From a virus: a stretch of DNA of 64,000 bases. The stretch lies in the IMG/VR virus record IMGVR_UViG_3300021142_000021, positions 1-64,000 of that record; one strand, given 5' to 3'. Shown in pieces: positions 51,074-61,252 of this stretch (positions are counted from its first letter, which is position 1; the number at the start of each line of letters is the position of its first letter). The notes under the pieces were generated by a model that did no database searches, was not told the DNA's origin, and saw only the letters and a list, made by a program, of their open reading frames with translations. A program made the position numbers and the translations under genes.

Positions 51074-51813
51074 AAATAGCTATATGCTTCAACGGCCATC
51101 TTAGGACAGCTCTTGCGGCAGCACCTAATTTAATAAGATACTTCGGTGAACTATCACCTTGTATAGATGTGTTTATACATACATGGGATCTAAGTGTGGA
51201 TGCGGTGTACGAAACCAACCTAGACATAGAGGATCACAATCGGCCACCTATAGAAGTAACCAGCCGAGAATTACAGGAACTCTCTAAGGTGTATAATGTC
51301 AAGGGATTTGAAATAGATAATAATGAGTTAATTATAGAGAGATTTAACTCACCAGCAACGCCCCGGTTCTATTCATTTTATAACAGTGTAAGATTAATGA
51401 CAGACTATGAAATAGCAACTGGAACAAAGTACGATGTATGTATTAAACTTAGACCCGATATTATTTTTCCTAAGAAGAGACATTTAGCAGAAGAAGTCAT
51501 CCGTTTTGTACTGGATAAAAAGTCTTTCTACTCTGATAATTGTACTTTGAAGTATTGTAAACCTATTATGATAGATGATATATTCTGGCTATCATCTCCT
51601 GATATAATGAGAAGACTAAGTCTATATTTTTTCGATAATATGTTGTTGAATATGCATTTTTTCGATTATATAAAACTATCTAATATACAGGTTAAAGACA
51701 TGGTAGGAGGGCCTTATACCATCTATAGAACAGAAGCACTAATGTTGGATCCCTTAACTGAGTTTGACGCATGTCACGAAATTGATCGAAAACTTTTTAG
51801 GATACTACACTGA
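51070..51813 (+). CDS. Family A, copy 5
   Basis: Likely GTG start at 51070 (GTGA overlap); AICFNGHLRT...DVFIHTWD...YDVCIKLRPD. Confidence 0.7.
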   Translation: MKIAICFNGHLRTALAAAPNLIRYFGELSPCIDVFIHTWDLSVDAVYETNLDIEDHNRPPIEVTSRELQELSKVYNVKGFEIDNNELIIERFNSPATPRFYSFYNSVRLMTDYEIATGTKYDVCIKLRPDIIFPKKRHLAEEVIRFVLDKKSFYSDNCTLKYCKPIMIDDIFWLSSPDIMRRLSLYFFDNMLLNMHFFDYIKLSNIQVKDMVGGPYTIYRTEALMLDPLTEFDACHEIDRKLFRILH

Positions 51814-52619
51814 TGAAGATTGCTGTATGCCTTAGTGCCCAGATAAGAACCGGTATCGACGCTGCACCTAATATATTAAATTACTTAGGTGATTTATTAC
51901 CTGATATAGATTTCTTTATACATACATGGGATAAAGAAACTATTTCTTACTGTGAATTAAATGAAAATCTGATGTTACCTAATATCTTTGATGTTACCGA
52001 ACCATCTGTAGGAAATATGATATCGGCTCATCTTACGATGCCTGTAGGTAAAATAGATAAATTTCTAGACATATATAAACCTAAAAAGTTTAAAATAGAT
52101 AATCAAGAAACATATATTCAATCTCTGACAAGGCCTGGACCACCCGCCTTGTATTACAGTATGCATGAAGTAAATGCGTTAAAACAAGAATACGAACGAG
52201 AGAATAATTTTACCTATGATGTTGTAATCGCTACGCGGCCAGATTTAATCTTCAGTTCAGATAAACACCTCGGTGATGATCTAAAATCTATGGATTTAAA
52301 CTCTAATCATATATACGGATTACGATGGGATAAAACACCAATTAATCTATTTGAGAATATATGTTTCACAGGTAGATCAGATATTATAGATATTTCTACT
52401 AATTTTATTAATTGGGACCCTTCTTTTTTCGATACCACAGATACTCAAGAATTACATTATCGATATCTAATAGAGAATAATATTCTTCCATGCGACATAG
52501 CTTCTAAAGAGTTTATCGTGTACAGGTATTATCAGAAGTATTTGCATAGTCAGGGTAAGTCATATGATTCGATAATTAAAGAATGGGTAGGTCCCTGTGG
52601 TAAAGGACTATATCAATGA
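51813..52619 (+). CDS. Family A, copy 6
   Basis: AVCLSAQIRT...DFFIHTWD...YDVVIATRPD. Confidence 0.7.
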   Translation: MKIAVCLSAQIRTGIDAAPNILNYLGDLLPDIDFFIHTWDKETISYCELNENLMLPNIFDVTEPSVGNMISAHLTMPVGKIDKFLDIYKPKKFKIDNQETYIQSLTRPGPPALYYSMHEVNALKQEYERENNFTYDVVIATRPDLIFSSDKHLGDDLKSMDLNSNHIYGLRWDKTPINLFENICFTGRSDIIDISTNFINWDPSFFDTTDTQELHYRYLIENNILPCDIASKEFIVYRYYQKYLHSQGKSYDSIIKEWVGPCGKGLYQ

Positions 52620-53350
52620 AGATTGCTGTATGCTTTAGCGGACACTTTAGGGCGCCTTATGCTTCGTCTGTGAACCTAAAAAGATACTTCGGTGAATTAT
52701 TACCTGATATAGATGTCTTTGTTCATACATGGGATACAGACGGATATCGACCTTGGCTAGATGAAAAACAACATCTAGGACAGAATATCGTTATTCAAGA
52801 AACAATAACTGATAAACATCTAGAATATCTTTCTAAGATATACAATATAAAATCTTACGAGATCGAAAAAGAACTTGCTGGCGGTCTTAAGCACGGAATA
52901 TCACCACTGTATTATTCATTCTATAAAAGTATAAGATTAATGACAGACTACGAAATAGCTACAGGCATTGACTACGATGTGTGTATTAGACTTAGATTAG
53001 ATACTATTTTTCCGCCAGCCCGGAGACTAAATACAGAGATCGTTAACTTTATAGAAGATAAGAACTCTTTCTATTCCGATAATTGCGAAGTTGTCGACAA
53101 CGAAGTAATTAGGATAGATGAATTATATTGGATAGCATCTCCTAAAATAATGAGTCGTGCATCTTTATTTTTCTATGATAATACATTATTAGATATGAGA
53201 TTTTTTGAATACCTAAAGCATTCTAGGGTTAATATAAAAAATATGAAAGCGAGGGGATATACTATTTACAGACCAGAAACATATGGTTATCACCCAGTAG
53301 AAGAGTATGATACATGTTTCGACATAGATGCATTATATTATAAACCATGA
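52616..53350 (+). CDS. Family A, copy 7
   Basis: AVCFSGHFRA...DVFVHTWD...YDVCIRLRLD; close to copy 5. Confidence 0.7.
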   Translation: MKIAVCFSGHFRAPYASSVNLKRYFGELLPDIDVFVHTWDTDGYRPWLDEKQHLGQNIVIQETITDKHLEYLSKIYNIKSYEIEKELAGGLKHGISPLYYSFYKSIRLMTDYEIATGIDYDVCIRLRLDTIFPPARRLNTEIVNFIEDKNSFYSDNCEVVDNEVIRIDELYWIASPKIMSRASLFFYDNTLLDMRFFEYLKHSRVNIKNMKARGYTIYRPETYGYHPVEEYDTCFDIDALYYKP

Positions 53351-53982
53351 ACAATTTATACGTATACGGATGTAGTTTCAGTGAACCTTTTGGATTAGTG
53401 CCAGACGGAATCGCAACCATCAATGAAGATCTTACTCGAGATTTCCATGGAGTAGATTTCTGGGGGACACATTTAGCAGAGAGATTAGGGATAAATTGTA
53501 TCTCTAAGAGCTGCGCTGGCCGAGGGTGGAATTACATAAATGATCGAATAGATGAAGATATAATAAGTTGGTCAAAGGATGATATTATTATTATTTCTCC
53601 TAGCTATTTTAGTAGATCAACCATTGAAGAATTTATCGATCCCGCATGTCAACACAATCTTGTAGATAGATTTAAATCATGGGATGAAATAACCTTATAT
53701 AATGAATCTAGATGGTGTCATAAAATTAAAACCTTACAATATCTAGGATATAAGGTATATACATGGGCAGTAGAACCCACAAGATATGTCGGTGAAGTTA
53801 AAAACTTAATACCGGCAGACGGATTTTATAACTGGAAAGACTGGATGGATCAACATATGGAATATTGGCAAGATCCTACAAGAAATAAGTATCCGGGCGG
53901 AGATTGGCATTTTAATCCAATCTGCCATGTAGCTGTAGCTAACATAATGTACGAATTTATAACAAGATGTCAACCGCTATAA
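53347..53982 (+). CDS. SGNH-like protein, family B copy 3
   Basis: YGCSFSE...DWHFNPICH. Confidence 0.65.
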   Translation: MNNLYVYGCSFSEPFGLVPDGIATINEDLTRDFHGVDFWGTHLAERLGINCISKSCAGRGWNYINDRIDEDIISWSKDDIIIISPSYFSRSTIEEFIDPACQHNLVDRFKSWDEITLYNESRWCHKIKTLQYLGYKVYTWAVEPTRYVGEVKNLIPADGFYNWKDWMDQHMEYWQDPTRNKYPGGDWHFNPICHVAVANIMYEFITRCQPL

Positions 53983-54719
53983 TAGTATCGGGTGTGATGC
54001 GTAATATGATTAATGCATCTAGTAGCTGGAGAAGTCTCCCGGGTGATTTCCATTTGGTAATAGATAGAGGTATCTATAAGTCGCAAGGCAGAGAATTAGT
54101 AGGATATGCCGTAGATTCTTTAGCATATAACCTTAATAATTCTTCTGTCGAATTTAAATCTATTAATATATGTACGGCAGATGAAATAAAAGAGTCTCAT
54201 CCTAAATTATATCTTCATCCTACCATAGAGATGATATGGAAGTGGAGATACGCATATCATCTAATTCAATCTTATCAATTAGAGAATTACGATAAGATAT
54301 TACTTATACGGCCCGATCTATATACACAATTTGTTCAGCCCGTATCCAAATTAGATGATATAATACTAGAAGATAATTATATATCTTCTACATCATTTAT
54401 ATACACAAAGAATGGTAGTCCGCACGCTAGTGATCTATTCCTGTATTGCAACATGCAAACATTTGGTGTCTTAAGTACATTGTACGAATATGCGGTGGAA
54501 CATAGTTATACAGAAATACATAGTCTATTCGGTCAATTCCTGATAGATAAGAAAATAAAATTAGATAATAAACTCATTGATGTAATACAGAACATAGTAT
54601 TAAGAGACGATACGACTGATCATATGTTTGAAAATGGTCAATTAAGACACGGGTATAGCATTAATGATTTAGCAGAAGAAAAAAATAAATGGGATAACAA
54701 AATATGGAAAAAGCAATAG
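53967..54719 (+). CDS. Family A, copy 8 (divergent)
   Basis: AIIVSGVMRN...YDKILLIRPD; lacks HTWD. Confidence 0.6.
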   Translation: MSTAIIVSGVMRNMINASSSWRSLPGDFHLVIDRGIYKSQGRELVGYAVDSLAYNLNNSSVEFKSINICTADEIKESHPKLYLHPTIEMIWKWRYAYHLIQSYQLENYDKILLIRPDLYTQFVQPVSKLDDIILEDNYISSTSFIYTKNGSPHASDLFLYCNMQTFGVLSTLYEYAVEHSYTEIHSLFGQFLIDKKIKLDNKLIDVIQNIVLRDDTTDHMFENGQLRHGYSINDLAEEKNKWDNKIWKKQ

Positions 54720-55501
54720 TAGTTTGTGGTGATAGTTTTAATGTCGGAATAGGGTGTCGCGATTTAAAGAACGAACCGTATGGTGCATTATTAGGTAAAG
54801 AACTAAATAAACCCGTAATTAATTTGGCAAAAGGTTCTAGTACCAATTTTAGTATATATCTGCAGGCAAAATATGCTGTAGATAAATTAAAAAATAAAAC
54901 AGATTTAGTCCTAGTATCAAATACAAGCTATGATAGAGTAAATTGGTTTCCAGTCGACTTTGAACATAAGAATGCAGAAATAACAAATACTGTCGTAAAT
55001 TATCATCAGTATCCTCCGTATGGCCCGGCCAGTTATATCACCCTACTAGACAATCCGATGAAGGATGATCCAGAATATACAGGTGAAATGTTTACTGAAA
55101 ATTATATGGGTGTAATCGATTATTGGGAGAATTTTGCGTCTAAGAATAGAGAATCAGGGTATTACAGAAGATTCAAAGATGAACCTAAAGAAAGAACAAA
55201 GATATTATACGATTTTGCTGCAAGCATACATGATCCAAGAATAGATCGTATACAATGTATAGGTGTTCTAACAATGGCACATCAGTTACTGAAAAGGGCT
55301 GGGATAAGACACCTAATGCTAATAGATGATGTTAAAGAATATAGCAAATTTATGGATCCAACTAATCTAGTATATGTCTCGTGGGGAGAATTAAGTAATA
55401 ATTATCCGGACGATCTACCAAGTCTGCATACTTCTGCTGTCGGGCAACGTGTTGTATTTGATTCTGTTTTAACTAAACTAAAGGAAAATTCGTGGATATA
55501 A
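54704..55501 (+). CDS. SGNH-like protein, family B copy 4
   Basis: CGDSFNVG...INLAKGSSTN...LHTSAVGQ. Confidence 0.7.
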   Translation: MEKAIVVCGDSFNVGIGCRDLKNEPYGALLGKELNKPVINLAKGSSTNFSIYLQAKYAVDKLKNKTDLVLVSNTSYDRVNWFPVDFEHKNAEITNTVVNYHQYPPYGPASYITLLDNPMKDDPEYTGEMFTENYMGVIDYWENFASKNRESGYYRRFKDEPKERTKILYDFAASIHDPRIDRIQCIGVLTMAHQLLKRAGIRHLMLIDDVKEYSKFMDPTNLVYVSWGELSNNYPDDLPSLHTSAVGQRVVFDSVLTKLKENSWI

Positions 55502-56631
55502 AAAAAATTCCTAGAATAATTAATATAGATTCTAACCAGCAACCTGAAATTGAACATCTATATACCTTTAAAGATTTTCCGGTTTTTATGGGAACTACTG
55601 AAAAGAGCATCGACGACGATTTAAGAGCAGATATGAATATCTATATCAATAAGATTGATGGTATGCTACAGGTTAATCCGGTACTACCATTAGATATTGT
55701 TTACCAGCATGAACATAACTCTGGTACCACAGGAAAGGTATGGAAAGATCATCATTCAGAGTTAGCATTATTCCTGAGTAAACAAAAGCCACAGGCTATA
55801 TTTGAAATAGGAGGTGCCCACGGTATTCTATCAAAAGAATATACATATGATAAGATTCCCTGGACAATCTTAGAACCTAATCCTTCGCCAACTGAAAATT
55901 GCACGGCTACGTTTATCAAAGGATATTTTGACAGGGACTTTAAGTTTAATAAGTATTTCGATACTGTTGTTCATTCTCATGTATTTGAGCATATGTATAA
56001 TCCCGATGAATTTATATCCTTGCTATCAACACTGATAGATGATGGTAAGAAGTTAGTATTCTCTATCCCAAACATGAAAGGAATGTTAGAAAGAAAGTAT
56101 CTAAACTTCATGAACTTTGAACATACATTCTATCTCGGTGATGAACATGCAGAATTCTTATTAGCGAAATATAAATTTAGAATAGTAGATAAAACCTACT
56201 ACACAGAAGATCATAGCATATTCTATTCTGTAATTAAAGATACAACAGTTACACCTATACAGATGCCCGTCGGCATCTATGAAACGAATAAAATATTATT
56301 TTCAGAATATATAGATCATTATACAGCTCTTGTTGATAAACTTAATCAGCAAATTTCTATATCAAATAGTCCTGTCTACCAATTTGGCGCTCATGTATTT
56401 TCCCAATATTTAATAAATTTTGGATTAGATATTACGAAGATAGTATCCTTGTTAGATAACGATGTATCAAAACAAGGTAAAAGACTATACGGAACTACAC
56501 TCTATGCAGAATCTCCTAAGGTGCTTAGGGGTATAAAGAATCCTATTGTATTACTTCAAGCTGGACCATTCTCAAATGAGATTAAGAAAGATATCTTAGA
56601 AAATATCAATTCAACAACCATATTTCTGTAA
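55492..56631 (+). CDS. Sugar C-methyltransferase-like SAM methyltransferase
   Basis: FEIGGAHG, HSHVFEHM, FEHTFY; C-terminal FGA...LDNDVSKQGKRLYGT domain typical of NDP-sugar C-methyltransferases. Confidence 0.75.
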   Translation: MDIKKIPRIINIDSNQQPEIEHLYTFKDFPVFMGTTEKSIDDDLRADMNIYINKIDGMLQVNPVLPLDIVYQHEHNSGTTGKVWKDHHSELALFLSKQKPQAIFEIGGAHGILSKEYTYDKIPWTILEPNPSPTENCTATFIKGYFDRDFKFNKYFDTVVHSHVFEHMYNPDEFISLLSTLIDDGKKLVFSIPNMKGMLERKYLNFMNFEHTFYLGDEHAEFLLAKYKFRIVDKTYYTEDHSIFYSVIKDTTVTPIQMPVGIYETNKILFSEYIDHYTALVDKLNQQISISNSPVYQFGAHVFSQYLINFGLDITKIVSLLDNDVSKQGKRLYGTTLYAESPKVLRGIKNPIVLLQAGPFSNEIKKDILENINSTTIFL

Positions 56632-56661
56632 CACATTTACGAAATACAGATTAAATATACA

Positions 56662-56669
56662 TATAAATA
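56662..56669 (+). promoter_or_regulatory. Late promoter TATAAATA inside the glycan island
   Basis: Exact T4 late consensus in the 53-nt gap before the cupin gene (SD GGAG). Confidence 0.65.
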
Positions 56670-56684
56670 GTACGGAGATACATC

Positions 56685-57143
56685 ATGACAATTATACAAC
56701 TCATTCAACCGAAATTCGTAAAAAAACCGTGGGGTCACGAATTATGGATTGCAGATGGTGTAAGAACACCATACGCAAATAAAAAGATATTATTCAATGC
56801 AGGTAACCAAACAAGCCTTCAAGTTCATAAGCACAAATATGAAACAAGCTATGTTATAAGCGGTACAGGCATACTTCTTCTATCAGATAAGTTCTTTAAT
56901 GTAGATTTATATGTTAATGGAAATATGTCAGCAGAAGAAATAAAAGATCACATTGATAGTTTGAGATCGGTACCTTTATCCCCAGATGTAATTTTCGATA
57001 TATCGCCTGGCCACTTACATAGAGTGGTAGCAACCACAGATCTAACCTTCATGGAAACAAGTACAGCAGAATTAGATGATGTCATGCGACTATTAGATGA
57101 TACAAATAGGCAGAATGGTAGAATCGATGCAGAACACAAATAA
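56685..57143 (+). CDS. Cupin, mannose-6-phosphate isomerase type II-like
   Basis: KKPWGHE, TSLQVHKHKYET, HLHRV, ETST..LDDVMRL. Confidence 0.8.
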   Translation: MTIIQLIQPKFVKKPWGHELWIADGVRTPYANKKILFNAGNQTSLQVHKHKYETSYVISGTGILLLSDKFFNVDLYVNGNMSAEEIKDHIDSLRSVPLSPDVIFDISPGHLHRVVATTDLTFMETSTAELDDVMRLLDDTNRQNGRIDAEHK

Positions 57144-57753
57144 TTCTACCATCTTCAATAGATTAGTAGTATTCGGGTGTAGTCATACTGTTGGCCAATT
57201 TCTTCCTGGATGGGAACCCGAACCCGGTGAGCAAGGTATACTTAGTAATCTTGCCTGGTCAAATCATCTTGCAGAATATCTAAATATTCCTGAAATAATT
57301 AATAAGGCATCCGGTGGTAACTCCAATCATGAGATCTTATTAAATATAATGAATTTTAAATTCTTACCAGGTGACCTATGTGTAATATGCTGGTCATATG
57401 CTAACAGAGAAATTCTATTCGACTATCATGAAGCCACCGGGTGTATAAGAACATCGGTTCTATTACATATCGATAAAGATGATACTTTTTTTAAAGTGCA
57501 TTCTATGCACGATCTAGAATTTAGAAGTAGAGAATATATCAATCATGCCACTCTATTATTAAAGAGTGTTGGAATAGAATATCGAATGGGGAAGATAGAA
57601 AACTGGGTGTCTAATAAAAATATAAACTGGTCAGACTATTCATATGACGATTTTCTATCTTTCGTAGTATCGGATTTCGGATCAGACGGATATCACCCCG
57701 GCGTGATATCTCATAAAGAATTTGCAAAGAAAATATATGAATCATTTAAATAA
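57127..57753 (+). CDS. SGNH-like protein, family B copy 5
   Basis: FGCSHTVG...NKASGGNSN...ICWS...DGYHPGVISH. Confidence 0.7.
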   Translation: MQNTNNSTIFNRLVVFGCSHTVGQFLPGWEPEPGEQGILSNLAWSNHLAEYLNIPEIINKASGGNSNHEILLNIMNFKFLPGDLCVICWSYANREILFDYHEATGCIRTSVLLHIDKDDTFFKVHSMHDLEFRSREYINHATLLLKSVGIEYRMGKIENWVSNKNINWSDYSYDDFLSFVVSDFGSDGYHPGVISHKEFAKKIYESFK

Positions 57754-59269
57754 TCTAACAGTCCTTATACTTGCAGCTGGTTACGGCCGACGTATGGGAC
57801 CGTTCTCGCGCATGGTAAACAAGAGTCTTATACCGTACGATAACAAGCCACTAATTAGTCACATTATGGGCAAATTTAGCTCTAATACAAGATTTGTTAT
57901 TGCGTGTGGCAACATGGGGCAACAGGTTAAAGATTACGTCTCAAATGTGCATTCTGAGAAAAATATCGTTTACGTGGATATTCCAGAATTCGACGAAGGT
58001 AATACAGGTCCTGCCACCACAATTAGGTACTGTTCAGATCATCTACCAGGTAGTTTTTTATGGATTACATGCGACACATTATTTGAATTTAATTTCGAAG
58101 ATAAGCTAGATCATAATTGGATTGCTGTGCATCCTGTTGATAGTAGTGTATCACAGGATTATTGTTGGGCTCAAAGAAACGGAAACGATATAGTTGATAT
58201 CAAGAACAAAGTAAAATCGGCTAGTGCGGTTGATGCATTCATTGGTCTCATGTATGTCAAGGATAAGGAATATATTCAGTACCTGATTGATGCTAATGCA
58301 AAAGAAACGTATGAAGGATTCAAACCTGCGCTTAATTTAAAAGCATATACAGTTGAAGAATGGCAAGATTTCGGTACATATGAAAAATGGCAAACGTTGA
58401 GTGAAGGTCTGCCCGAGATAAGTTTTCCGAAGCCCGATGAATTATTTTATTGTGATAATGGTAAGATTATTAAGTATACAACAAATGAAAAATTATCAAC
58501 TCTTAGATATAATCGTGCCTTATTAAATCCTGGTTGTATGCCCACCAATGTTGAGAAACATAATAACTTCCTTATCTATGACTATACAGAAGGCAAAACA
58601 ATGTACACCTGTTTGACGCCTGAAATATTTTCTAAATTCATGGGATGGGCTGAAGAGAATCTCTGGATTCATGCAGAGACATTTGGAGATACTGTTGCTT
58701 ATGCTGATGATTTTTATCGTAAGAAAACACTCGATCGTTTAGGAAAATTTAGAATAAAGTATAGCACATGGGTAGAATTTCCGGTAGTTAATGGTCGTGA
58801 CGTAAAATCAATAGATGAGTATCTTGCCGACATTGACTTTGCTTGGCTTGCATCAGAGACAAACTGGTGCTTTACACACGGTGATATGCAGTTTGATAAC
58901 ATCATATACAATGACGGAAAATTTACAGCAATAGATTGGAGAACAGATTTCGCAGGAGATCAGTACGGTGATATGTATTATGATCTATCTAAGATGCTCG
59001 GCGGATTGTATTTGAGCTATAAAGCAGTAAAAGAGGATAAGTTTACATACAGAGAACTCAGTGATCAAGTTATCATCGATTACCCCATGGTAGACAATAT
59101 AAACTTGTATGTTACTCAGCTTCACGAGTGGGTATTGGCAAGAGGACATGACTGGGACAAAGTAAAAACACTTGTGCCTATTATATATCTTAATATGTCT
59201 CCTTTACATGAAGCGCCATTTGATAAATTTTTAATCGCATTGGCACAACTCTTCTTTTCACAACTATAA
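57737..59269 (+). CDS. Fused nucleotidyltransferase and APH/choline-kinase-like phosphotransferase
   Basis: N-terminal ILAAGYGRRM...NKSL...WQDFGT; C-terminal THGDMQFDNI...IDWR...GDMYYDLSK. Confidence 0.85.
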   Translation: MNHLNNLTVLILAAGYGRRMGPFSRMVNKSLIPYDNKPLISHIMGKFSSNTRFVIACGNMGQQVKDYVSNVHSEKNIVYVDIPEFDEGNTGPATTIRYCSDHLPGSFLWITCDTLFEFNFEDKLDHNWIAVHPVDSSVSQDYCWAQRNGNDIVDIKNKVKSASAVDAFIGLMYVKDKEYIQYLIDANAKETYEGFKPALNLKAYTVEEWQDFGTYEKWQTLSEGLPEISFPKPDELFYCDNGKIIKYTTNEKLSTLRYNRALLNPGCMPTNVEKHNNFLIYDYTEGKTMYTCLTPEIFSKFMGWAEENLWIHAETFGDTVAYADDFYRKKTLDRLGKFRIKYSTWVEFPVVNGRDVKSIDEYLADIDFAWLASETNWCFTHGDMQFDNIIYNDGKFTAIDWRTDFAGDQYGDMYYDLSKMLGGLYLSYKAVKEDKFTYRELSDQVIIDYPMVDNINLYVTQLHEWVLARGHDWDKVKTLVPIIYLNMSPLHEAPFDKFLIALAQLFFSQL

Positions 59270-60093
59270 TGTTTTCAGATATAGACAATTATTACTCTCA
59301 TCTCATTACGCTCAGATCAATGCATAATGTTGAATGGGCAGACTACGATGTTATAGAGAACTATAAAGAATCAACTCTAGCAGGCCCCAATCCCTACGGG
59401 TTACATGATATTAGTTACAAATATAATATAGACGGATTTCGATGTGATGACTTCAACCTATCATCTGAATTACCTATTTTATTTATGGGCTGTAGTTTCA
59501 CAGAAGGTACGGGATTACCTATAAATCATATTTGGGCTAATTTATTATTAGAAAGAATTAAAGTACATACAGGTAAGAATATACCGTATTGGAATACTGC
59601 ATTATCGGGCGCATCTATAGATGCAATGGCCAATGGCCTATATTGGTTTGATAGAAAATTTGCTGTCGACTTAAAATATATAGTAATGCTATGCCCTCCC
59701 TTTCAAAGGAGAGAATATCTATACGGTGATGGCAAGATTAAAACATGGTATAATCCGATAGGAATTGCCACCGATAATGATGCAGTTAACAGTTTATTCA
59801 TGGATAGAAATTTCTCATACTATAGAACAGGTGTTGATTTAATGCTGATAGATTCTATAAGAAGAAGAACGAATGCCTCAGTAATATATTCGTCCTGGAA
59901 GATGCCGGGTACCGAAACCGAAAACGAAACTGCATTTATAAAAAGAAATTGCCCCGATTTTAATTATGTAAACTTTCCTGCTATAGAAAAGTTTAATACA
60001 ACTACAGCAAGAGATGGTGAGCATTTCGGCGTGGATATGCATAACAAGATATGTGATTATTATTGGGACGAATATTTCGTAAAGAATCTATGA
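59269..60093 (+). CDS. SGNH-like protein, family B copy 6
   Basis: YNIDGFR, MGCSFTEGTG, NTALSGAS, ARDGEHFG. Confidence 0.7.
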   Translation: MFSDIDNYYSHLITLRSMHNVEWADYDVIENYKESTLAGPNPYGLHDISYKYNIDGFRCDDFNLSSELPILFMGCSFTEGTGLPINHIWANLLLERIKVHTGKNIPYWNTALSGASIDAMANGLYWFDRKFAVDLKYIVMLCPPFQRREYLYGDGKIKTWYNPIGIATDNDAVNSLFMDRNFSYYRTGVDLMLIDSIRRRTNASVIYSSWKMPGTETENETAFIKRNCPDFNYVNFPAIEKFNTTTARDGEHFGVDMHNKICDYYWDEYFVKNL

Positions 60094-60785
60094 AAGAGTT
60101 TTATAGTCTAAGTAGATATCCGGGTAAGACAGGAGAACATTTCTTTAACTCTATGTTTAAGAAATTTGATATGCCATATACCTATACTGCTTTAGCCTGT
60201 GATAATATTGCAGATGGAGTTAAACAAATGAAAGAATGTGATGCTGCAGGTTTCAGTATTAGCATGCCATTCAAGACAGATGTTATAAAACAAATAGACT
60301 TTGTAGAAAATACAGTTTCTCGATTTGATAGCTGCAATACAGTATATAAAGAACGCGATGGTCTACACGGATACAATACAGATTACTTTGGTGCATATCA
60401 TGTACTTCAACAGCTACCGGAAAACTCTAAAGTAAGTATTCTAGGCGATGGCGCAATGGGATCTATGTTTAAGAAAATACTAGATGATAGAGCACTTGTA
60501 TATTCAAGAAGATTAGGAAACTGGGAATATAGATATAGGGCAGATGATGTTGTCATCAACTGTACCTCATATGGTACAGCGGCACAAGATTCCCCTTTTA
60601 ATATATTACCGCCAGTGAAATTAATAATCGATCTTGCAATTAAGCCAAACCAGTTAGAACAACAGGCCGCGGCGGCAAATGTTAAATACGTAGGCGGTAT
60701 GGAGTTCTACAAGCGTCAGTTTATCAGACAATTCGGAATCTATACAAAAAAATTAATTACAATAGAAGATGTGAATAGTATATGA
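60090..60785 (+). CDS. Shikimate dehydrogenase-family oxidoreductase
   Basis: GFSISMPFK, SCNT, GYNTD, LGDGAMG, INCT, GMEF..RQ. Confidence 0.85.
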   Translation: MKEFYSLSRYPGKTGEHFFNSMFKKFDMPYTYTALACDNIADGVKQMKECDAAGFSISMPFKTDVIKQIDFVENTVSRFDSCNTVYKERDGLHGYNTDYFGAYHVLQQLPENSKVSILGDGAMGSMFKKILDDRALVYSRRLGNWEYRYRADDVVINCTSYGTAAQDSPFNILPPVKLIIDLAIKPNQLEQQAAAANVKYVGGMEFYKRQFIRQFGIYTKKLITIEDVNSI

Positions 60786-61252
60786 TTAAACACTTGGTAA
60801 TGGATGTTGATGGTGTCCTTAATACAGGGCACTTTTTCTATAGTGCAGAAGGAAAGATATTTAAAGCATTTGGACCGCACGATAAAGACGGTATAAAGAT
60901 TGCTCAGAAATTAGGACTGACTATTGATTTCATTACAGCCGATGCTAATGGATGGGAAATAACCTGTGCTAGATTAATTAAGGATTGGGGATTCACAAAT
61001 TCAAATGTTCACCTTGTTACCGAAGGTGATAGATTAGGATGGATTGAAAAACAATATAATCTAGAAGAAGTTGCATATATCGGTGACGGGATTCATGATG
61101 CACCTATATTGGCTAGAGTAGCTGTAGGTATAGCACCAAAGAGTGCAAGAAGAGAAGCGATTGCTTCAGCCGATTATGTGACAGAAAGTGATGCAGGATC
61201 TGGTGCAGTATTAGATGCTGTGCTTATATTACAATCTATTATTAACAGATGA
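60782..61252 (+). CDS. KdsC-like HAD phosphatase
   Basis: MDVDGVLN, KDG, AYIGDGIHD, GSGAV. Confidence 0.85.
   Translation: MIKHLVMDVDGVLNTGHFFYSAEGKIFKAFGPHDKDGIKIAQKLGLTIDFITADANGWEITCARLIKDWGFTNSNVHLVTEGDRLGWIEKQYNLEEVAYIGDGIHDAPILARVAVGIAPKSARREAIASADYVTESDAGSGAVLDAVLILQSIINR

Noticed and set aside
46086-53350. Diversity-generating retroelement or CRISPR array behind the repeated segments
   Set aside because: No reverse transcriptase, no adenine-specific TR/VR pair and no regular repeat-spacer period; the repeats are coding motifs of paralogs.
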